A stretch of 61,655 nucleotides of DNA, the filler included, from Hausera hauseri (taxonomy: Eukaryota): NCBI GenBank assembly GCA_046269625.1. It is 10 parts of 10 records of this genome, joined end to end, with 100 filler letters (N's around TTAATTAATTAA, not from the genome) between each part and the next. Parts side by side here need not be neighbours in the genome. Positions count along the whole stretch, not along the records: positions 51,792 to 61,655 come from JBJURY010276617.1; 9 more parts are not named here. One strand, written 5' to 3'. Positions 54,546 to 61,655 of this stretch are shown in pieces. Numbering within the stretch: the stretch's first letter is position 1; each line of letters starts with the position of its first letter. Position numbers and translations under genes: made by a program. Below the pieces are notes generated by a model. It was not told the origin of the DNA. It searched no databases and saw only the letters and a list, made by a program, of their open reading frames with translations.

Positions 54546-55259
54546 TTGATTCATTTTTCCGACCCCCAACGTCTGAAATTGTCAGGCTACGTAGCATATC
54601 GTCGAGTTTATTGTTGCTTCGTTTGTCTTCCTCCTTGTCAAATAGTTTTGCCCAATTTACTTCGCAAGGCATTCTTCTTGCTGCTTTCCGCGCTAAGCTT
54701 ATAGCTCGATTGATTTTATTTCCTCGGTTTGGATTTATTTTGATGGCTAAGTACAGCAAAACTTTTCTCAATTCTTTATTCATGTTTTCTACCATGATCT
54801 TTTCTATTACTGACTCATCGGTTAAGTTACTTTTTGACAGTTTGAAACGTGAACTTTTCATCATTTTGGCTGCATCAAATATTATTTTTTCTTTGTCGTC
54901 TAACACATCTCCTCGAAAACTAGAATAATTTACAATTCGTATAACATTTTTTATTAGCTCGTTTAATTCTTCGTTATCTGGGCTAAGAGTCGGAATCGAC
55001 ATATGTCTAAACTCTCTAATTATTTCTCCGTTATAGTCCACTTCATTCCGCATCTTTCTAGGTCTACTTGCTGGACTTTTTGGTCTTGGGTCTCTGGCGG
55101 TTATTTCACTCAATGGTACTAAATTTATATCGTATTGTTCCTTATCTTCGTCCGTTTATAAATACTCAAAATATAATGCAGCGTCTCGGACTACCATGAT
55201 TTGTCCTACGCATTGTTCTGTTTTGGCTTTACGTGTAGCTTCTTCTTTAGTCTGTTCGT

Positions 55260-55490
55260 TAGCTGTCACTACCACTATGCGATTTGTTTCGTCAGGAATA
55301 ATCCCGACGTCTATTAATTGTTCTAAGTCGTCGAGTATTCTATCTCTAAAGTAAAATCTGTAGTTTAACTCGTTGGTTCCACCATTGTTTATCAGCCATT
55401 GTCTTACGTCCCTTACGTAGGAATATGTAGTCAACTCGCATTCTTTTTTGTCCATCCACTAGGATGATATCATTACTTTTATCGCCAGCG
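55260..55490 (-). pseudogene. Internal ubiquitin-like domain in the family B polyprotein
   Basis: IKVMISS*WMDKKECELTTYSYVRDVRQWL..YRFYFRDRILDDLEQLIDVGIIPDETNRIVVV follows the beta-grasp pattern; no terminal GG. Confidence 0.6.
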
Positions 55491-58329
55491 CAGGTTTAGC
55501 CCTCAACATTTTAGCATATTCCCTTATCAAAAGTTTCGGCACCGTACCATAGATTGTGCCTTCGCTGGATAATTTAGTTAGAGTTGGAATAAGTTGTCGT
55601 AGTTTTATTTCAGTAATATTTACATTATTTAACTCAATTAAATCCTCTTCAGTTAGCGCTGAATCCAGTAGCATCTCCTCATTAAACCTCTCGTCCTGCG
55701 GATATGTTTCGATTTCGTTTAGTTGTACTGGCATCGTAGTCCTTGCAGCAGGTATCTCATCGAAGTATGCATCCCATTCTGGCTCATTTGCAACATTTGG
55801 AAATATGGCGTCTGTCCCAATTGTTTTTGCTCTCTGTACATTTTCCCTAATATATTTCAATCTTGGTGGTATTTCTTTCATTTGCGTAGTTTGGAAACCT
55901 ACTGCGTTTCCACAGGCATACTGTATCATTTTCAGTAATTCTCCTAGTTTGTTAGAGTCAACCAGCCCTTTCTGGTGATAACCTGTCGTCTTTGTACAAA
56001 TTCTCGTTTGTTCTTAATTTCATATTCGGTAAAAGCATATTTATTTTGGTAGACTTCAAGTTCTTTTGTTATTTCATCTAACCTTATCGTTCTTTGTTTC
56101 GTTTTGATACATGTTTCTTATACTTTATGTATCCTGGGCATCAATTGCCTCATCTGCTCATCACTGATTTCTGCCATTTCCACCAATAAATAGGCTAACT
56201 CGTACATTTCATTTACAACTTTTGAATCAGGGTCCATTGCATCCGATAATTTCTTTACGAACTTGTGTTTCTGAAAACTGAAATGTGGGTCGTTTCCTAT
56301 TTCTATCAACTTGGTATGGAAATTCTGGTCTGACCCGGCCATCCATTCTTGAGGTTTGTGCAAAAACTTTATTGCGTCCGTTAACGTATCTCGAAGCCTT
56401 GGACAAATGTCCAGAATTTCAATGTCTTGTGCAGAAATTTCGTCGATTGGTTGTTCTGTTAAGTATTGTACTCCTTCTAGTCTAACAATTTTTAACTTTG
56501 AGTTTACATCGTGAATTATGTTCTGTTTTTCCGCAAAATTCGTCTCTGCGATCAGTTTGTAGATTTCCTTCATCAGTGACGCTTCCCGTTCCTTTTCCAA
56601 AAATTTTAGATGTCGTAGCGCTTCAAATTGGGTACGGACGTCTATTTCTATCCGTATCGTGCCAAGGTCATGCGCATTCTCTTCTAATTGTTTCTTTACC
56701 GCTGGCTCGCTTTGTGGAAATTTGGTTTTGCGGTTTTCTAGCAACTTGCTTAATCGCGTTATTAATTCGCACCATTCTGACAGTTGATTTGCGATTACCG
56801 ATTTCGCCATTATGGCTTTATCTAGCATTTTATAGGCATCTTCTAACTCATCATCCGGTCCTTTTAGGAAATTTATAACTCATCCAATATAGCTAAACTC
56901 GTCCTTGCATTCGTCCAACTCTATGATACAAGCCTTTATTATATATTAAGTCTCCTCATGGTTTGTGGACATCATTCGGTTCTTCAAGCTATAAATTTGT
57001 GCTCGATTTTCATTTTCTATCTTCTGCCGATTTTCCATGTTTGTATATTGTTTGGGCGTAGCAAATGCGACTTTTATCATCTCCGTTAGGGGAGGAATAT
57101 CGAACGGGTCTATACCCAATACTTCCAGATCGATATTACTGCGATGGTTAACCGGTTTTTCCCTAAGCCTTTTAATCATTGCATACCGAATTTCGTTCAT
57201 GATACGTTCTAAGTTACAAACTACTCTCTTCGGTTTTGGGTTCTATTCTAGAGTAGACAATAGCGTTTGAGCCTCAGTGACTTTTACGTCAACTCTATCT
57301 TTCTTCTTATTCCATCCTTCTAAAAACTCGATTCCACTTTTAATCCACGATTCCAATTCGTGTTTTTATTTTAATACTATTTCCGGGGACACCTCTTCAG
57401 GCTGCCTCACATCGATTGCTTCAACGAACTTCCGTTCGCTACGTAATTTCAAGCTTTTATATAACTTCTGGGCGTATTGCTGCTCTTTCCCGGATATGTC
57501 GACTTGTTCATTAATCTGCTTGAGCTTCTCTAAATTTTGCTGTAATATTTCAGGCTCTAAACAATAAATTCTCATTTTCTTTAATTCGTCGGCGTTTTTC
57601 TATGAGCGTCGGATTTTCCACTTTTTTGAATTAAAATCGTCATTTATCTGCCGTTTCTTCCTCACTAATGGGAAGTGGGCAGATTTCGTTAATTTCATTA
57701 ATTAACTCTATCGGCTCGGCTACTCCTACCGGTGTGTATGAACCAATTTCTGGTGTATCAAAACTATGCTCCGTATCACCTTCTTCAACGACATTCGAAT
57801 TTTCCGTTTTTTCAATTTTCTCTCTGGTTATTTTGGAACGTGAACGACTTCTACGTTTGGTTTTTAGTGAAGGGCTACGGCCTCTATTTTTCGTAATTTT
57901 AAGTATTAGTGGCTCCATAAATTCTTTTTCCGCTGTATCATCTTCCGTAAGCTCAGCTACTTTTCCAACTGCAAATTCAGGCTCTGCGTCTAAGTCGACC
58001 GCCGTCGATGTGCCTGGTTTATCAGATGGCTTATTGCCTGTCGGAACACTCTTCTTCCGAGTCATATCACTTCGTTTAGGTGCTATTGTGCGTTCGTATT
58101 CGGTCTCGGGCTCTGCTAAGCCATGATATACTTCTAGTAACCTCAACTTATCTGCGTACTCTCTTCTGGCCATCAAGATTTGTAAGTTCGCAGTGGCTGG
58201 CTGAGCATCTAAGAATTTTCTCAAATCTTGTATATCGATGATGGTGCCTGTATCTCCACGAACGCCGTATTTTGCTTCCAACTTTTCATTAATTCTAATC
58301 ATACTAGCCTTATTTGGTTCAGTAAATGA

Positions 58330-59558
58330 AACGCTACGTGGGTTTGGACATGACCTTGAAATGTGTCCTTCTTTGCCACAAGTAAAACAAACCAAATTCC
58401 CATTTCTGCCGACTATCTGTCGACCGCCTTCGTTCACTGGTGACTTAGATCTATTTATACCCTTACTATACTCATTTGATAAACTTTGCACATTGTCGGC
58501 ACTTCGTCTATTTTCGTTATTTCGCTTATCACCGTTTTGATTCGAGTAGTTCGAGCCTTTATAATTTCCTCTATTCTTATCCCAGTTAAAATCTGATCTG
58601 TTCGTATTAGTATAATTATTACTTTGACCATTTCTGTGACTGCTATTATTATTTCGGTTCCCGTAATTTTTGTTACCCGTAAATCGTCTGTCATCTCTTC
58701 CACGATTATCATTCCGTTTTCTATCGTTACGATCGTTTCAATCGTTATTTCTATCGCTTCTATCGTTGTGTCTGACGTATCTATCCAGCGCCATTTCTAA
58801 GTCTTGAGCTAATTGTAAAGTTCCTTCAAAATGTTCAGGTCTAGCCAAAATCAATTGTTTAACTAAATCTCGTGACCAAATATCAAGGATTAATTGAGTC
58901 GTCATCATAACGTCTAGATCTGGCGGTGTTGCCTTTTCTGCGGCTTCGCATTCCGCATTTGTTTTGGCTCTAGCTACGTTGGCTATTATTGACTAACTAT
59001 TAGCAAGTTTTTTTTAACGCGAATGCGAACTGGTTTACCGATTCACCCTTTTGTTGTACTCTATTTTGATATGCCATAAGTTTCTATTGTGGCGTTACTG
59101 TCGGCAACAATTTACGGTTCAATGCTTCTACCAGGGAGGACCAAGATTTCTTCTCATCATTAGTGAGCTCATTATAAGCGTCAGCGGGTAAGTTTTTCAA
59201 ATACAATGACAAACGTTTAATCATTACTTCGGTAGTGAGACTAGCACCTTCCGTCTGGGTTTCCATCATATGCCGGCAGGTTTAGAGAATCAAAGGTAAA
59301 GATGTCCAGTTTCTGCGCTACTGGTGGGTTATCTGCTGGCATATTTATCTCTAAATTTGCTTTATTGGTCTTATGCTTTTCAAGTGGGATTTTAAATTGC
59401 TTGTTTTGCTCAGTGACGTCTAACTCAACGCTATTCTCTGAATTTGAACGACTATGTAATTTCTGTGTATCTCTATATGTATTTCTGAGGGTTTGACGTA
59501 TGGGCGAATTATACTTTAATACTAAGTTTACTTTTGACTTATCAATATTTGTTCTCAA
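58330..59558 (-). pseudogene. Gag with CCHC zinc knuckle (family B)
   Basis: LPAYDG; LSLYLKNLPADAYNEL..SWSSLVEAL; R/N/D-rich linker; VCFTCGKEGHISRSCP. Confidence 0.88.
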
Positions 59559-59708
59559 TTAAAATTAGCGTTATTTATCTCGTTCAATAACCTATACACC
59601 CAATTTAGTTTTCAGTTCGAACTATATCAGATTATTTGGTGTAATGGCGCTATTCGCCGGTAATTATTTATTTAACTCTCAATAGTAAAGTCTAGCGAGG
59701 TACAATCT

Positions 59709-59726
59709 GTCCTCGTGTGGTCGTCA
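59709..59726 (-). promoter_or_regulatory. Primer-binding-site-like sequence
   Basis: TGACGACCACACGAGGAC two nt after the LTR end ...TAACA; one mismatch to TGGCGACCAC. Confidence 0.6.
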
Positions 59727-59728
59727 AA

Positions 59729-60422
59729 TGTTATATATTGGGGTGGCTCTTACTCTTCTCCCACTATATAACAATATTTATGCTGAAATTATTCTTTATT
59801 CACAGGTAAGGTCTACCGTAATCGAGTAGACAGATTGTGCCTTTTATTTTAAAATGTGTTCTGATTGCTGCGCCGTGCAAGTTACAAATTCTCCTCTTAA
59901 CTATTTAAGGTTTAATATATTTTAAAACCCTAGGGGAGTCTAATTACCCTTATGGGGCAATGCAAAACTAGAGAAATTTTAAAACGTATACAAACAATTT
60001 AATAAAGAAAAACCACAATTACCAGTACTGAACGGATACAACACAATAAATCACTCAGTAAATATATCGTCAATAGGTTAAGCAATACTTTCAAATCTTT
60101 GACCTTCTCGTTTTCAGCTGATCGCTAACTGTCCTCTGTTCATTTTTTGGTCTCTGTTTATATATTTTTAGCCTTTCCGTTCAATTTCCCTTTTATAGAT
60201 TAATTTTCGTTTTAATTTCCGTTCTTTTCAATTTGTTATTCTTTTATTGATATTCTAACTACATATACGATTATTTTAAATTTAACATACAATCTATTGA
60301 TAATTTCGCTATACAGAAATTTTCTTCCAAATCAATAATTATCTACAATTAAACTGCGAGGAAATGATTTATTTACAGACGTGCTTGTTCATCAATTTTC
60401 TGCTTATTCCATTCCTACAACA
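59729..60422 (-). repeat. LTR of family B (~694 bp, TGTT...AACA)
   Basis: Starts right after PPT AGGGAGGAGAAA (60423-60434), ends before the PBS-like site; TATATAAA near 60160 and AATAAA at 59795-59800. Confidence 0.75.
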
Positions 60423-60489
60423 TTTCTCCTCCCTGAACGGCATTCTCGGAGGTGCCCATTGCGTCCGAAGAAGTGCCGCCAGTCTCGCG

Positions 60490-61394
60490 TTATCTTAACA
60501 AGTTCATCCGTCGGCGTAAACTAGCTTCGGAATCCGTATCAGTATGATCTTGTCGGGTTTCGATCTCATAGCTATAATGAGGTTTTATACGTACCTCTCT
60601 TGTATATCCTCCATTTGAAAAGTACTTTAAATCGGTCGCTTCGGCTCTACACACTGGGCAAGTGGTCTTACCATTTTCTAGGGTCCACTTTTCTAGGCAT
60701 TCCCGGCAGTATTTATGTCTGCAATCTTTGTTATCTAGGGTGACATATCCTTTTTGGAGGTTGGCCCCACAGACTGGGAACTCAATTTCTTCTCTTTCCC
60801 ACTTCTCGTCATCCAAGTCTACTCTGATGGTAATCTCGATTTGTTCAAATATTAGCCCTTCTTCGTCTCGATACAAGTATCCATGGATTCGTTTCTGTTT
60901 TGGGTCCACGACGCTTCGTCTTGGGTCACAACTTACTGCCACTAATGTCCAATCGGCCGTAGTCTTGTAGTTCATAATCCTCTGCATCGGGTAGTCTCTA
61001 TCTCGTAATAATTTCTTTGTTTTCTCGGCGATAAGTGGATGCATATTAATCTCTCTTATTGCTGCTATTCCTGAATAAGGAATTTTTAGTAACGATATAA
61101 CTTCTTCTATCCGATATCCGATAAGGATACATCCATATAGGCAATGGGCCAATTCATTTTGTACCCTTTTGATATCTTTTCCTTCTTTCAAGTTTTCTTT
61201 ACGGATTCCTGTTTGGTCAAAAAAGTCTCTCTGATTCGTTTTCTTGGGCAAATCATCGTGTGATATAATTCCGTTCCGTCTGTTTCCCTGATTGAAATTT
61301 CCATCGGGATCTTGTCCGCTTCATTGCCTTCACCACAGCTTACGGAAATAATTTTAGTATTCCTAGCGTGTGGAACCAATCTATAGGAGTACAA
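60490..61394 (-). CDS. REX4/ISG20-like pseudo-exonuclease fused to a C3HC4 RING finger (one frameshift near 61230)
   Basis: KIISVSCGEG..GIRKENLKEGKDIKRVQNELAHCLYGCILIGY; (F)PVC..CRHKYCRECLEKW..TCPVCR. Confidence 0.75.
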
Positions 61395-61655
61395 GGATTT
61401 TACTATCTCCGCTTCCTATGGCCTATGTCGAAATTCTAGGGGTGGTAACAGGGTTTTTCTCAGTTCCTCTTTTGTTACCTCAATAATTATTTTGACGGGG
61501 AGGGCAGCGACTCTGAATTCTAATTCCTTATCTTGTAAGTTTTCGCCTGGGATCATTAGGGTGCTAAACCTGTATTGTCGTCATTTTTGTGTAATCCATT
61601 CTTGATTTTGTAATCTGTAATAAATTTCTCCATCTGCAAAGTGGATATACAAATC

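Larger units (their letters stand above)
51792..60422 (-). mobile_element. Ty3/Gypsy family B, 5' half: LTR-PBS-gag-unknown-UBL-env-protease
   Basis: LTR, PBS-like site, CCHC Gag, glycoprotein and aspartic protease motifs, all on the minus strand in one contig. Confidence 0.85.

Noticed and set aside
58230-58270. VRGDTGTIIDI as a protease active site right after the Gag knuckle
   Set aside because: Lacks hydrophobic residues before DTG and any downstream retropepsin pattern; a canonical LIDTGS lies at ~51980

Overview
AT-rich animal (probably invertebrate) genomic DNA, made of 10 unrelated contigs joined by 100-nt N spacers containing TTAATTAATTAA, so adjacency across spacers means nothing. 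Contents: a (CATTGR)n hexamer satellite; a ~200/~238-bp two-monomer satellite; decayed Polinton/Maverick (adintovirus-like) genes (pPolB, major capsid, two pentons, chromo-integrase); an RLE-type non-LTR fragment; an intronless, disrupted OGT copy; and two unusual Ty3/Gypsy families. Family A (three copies) has a ~75-80-aa ubiquitin-like domain ending in R[LI]RG[GK] fused directly in front of Gag, probably preceded by an extra ORF, and is associated with a 105-nt GC-rich terminal module. Family B is very large. It has a chuvirus-like fusion glycoprotein between gag and protease, an internal ubiquitin-like domain, and, after integrase, an FN3-like membrane protein and a REX4/ISG20-like pseudo-exonuclease that is fused to a RING finger in one copy. 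All homology calls come from recognising motifs by eye; no searches were run.
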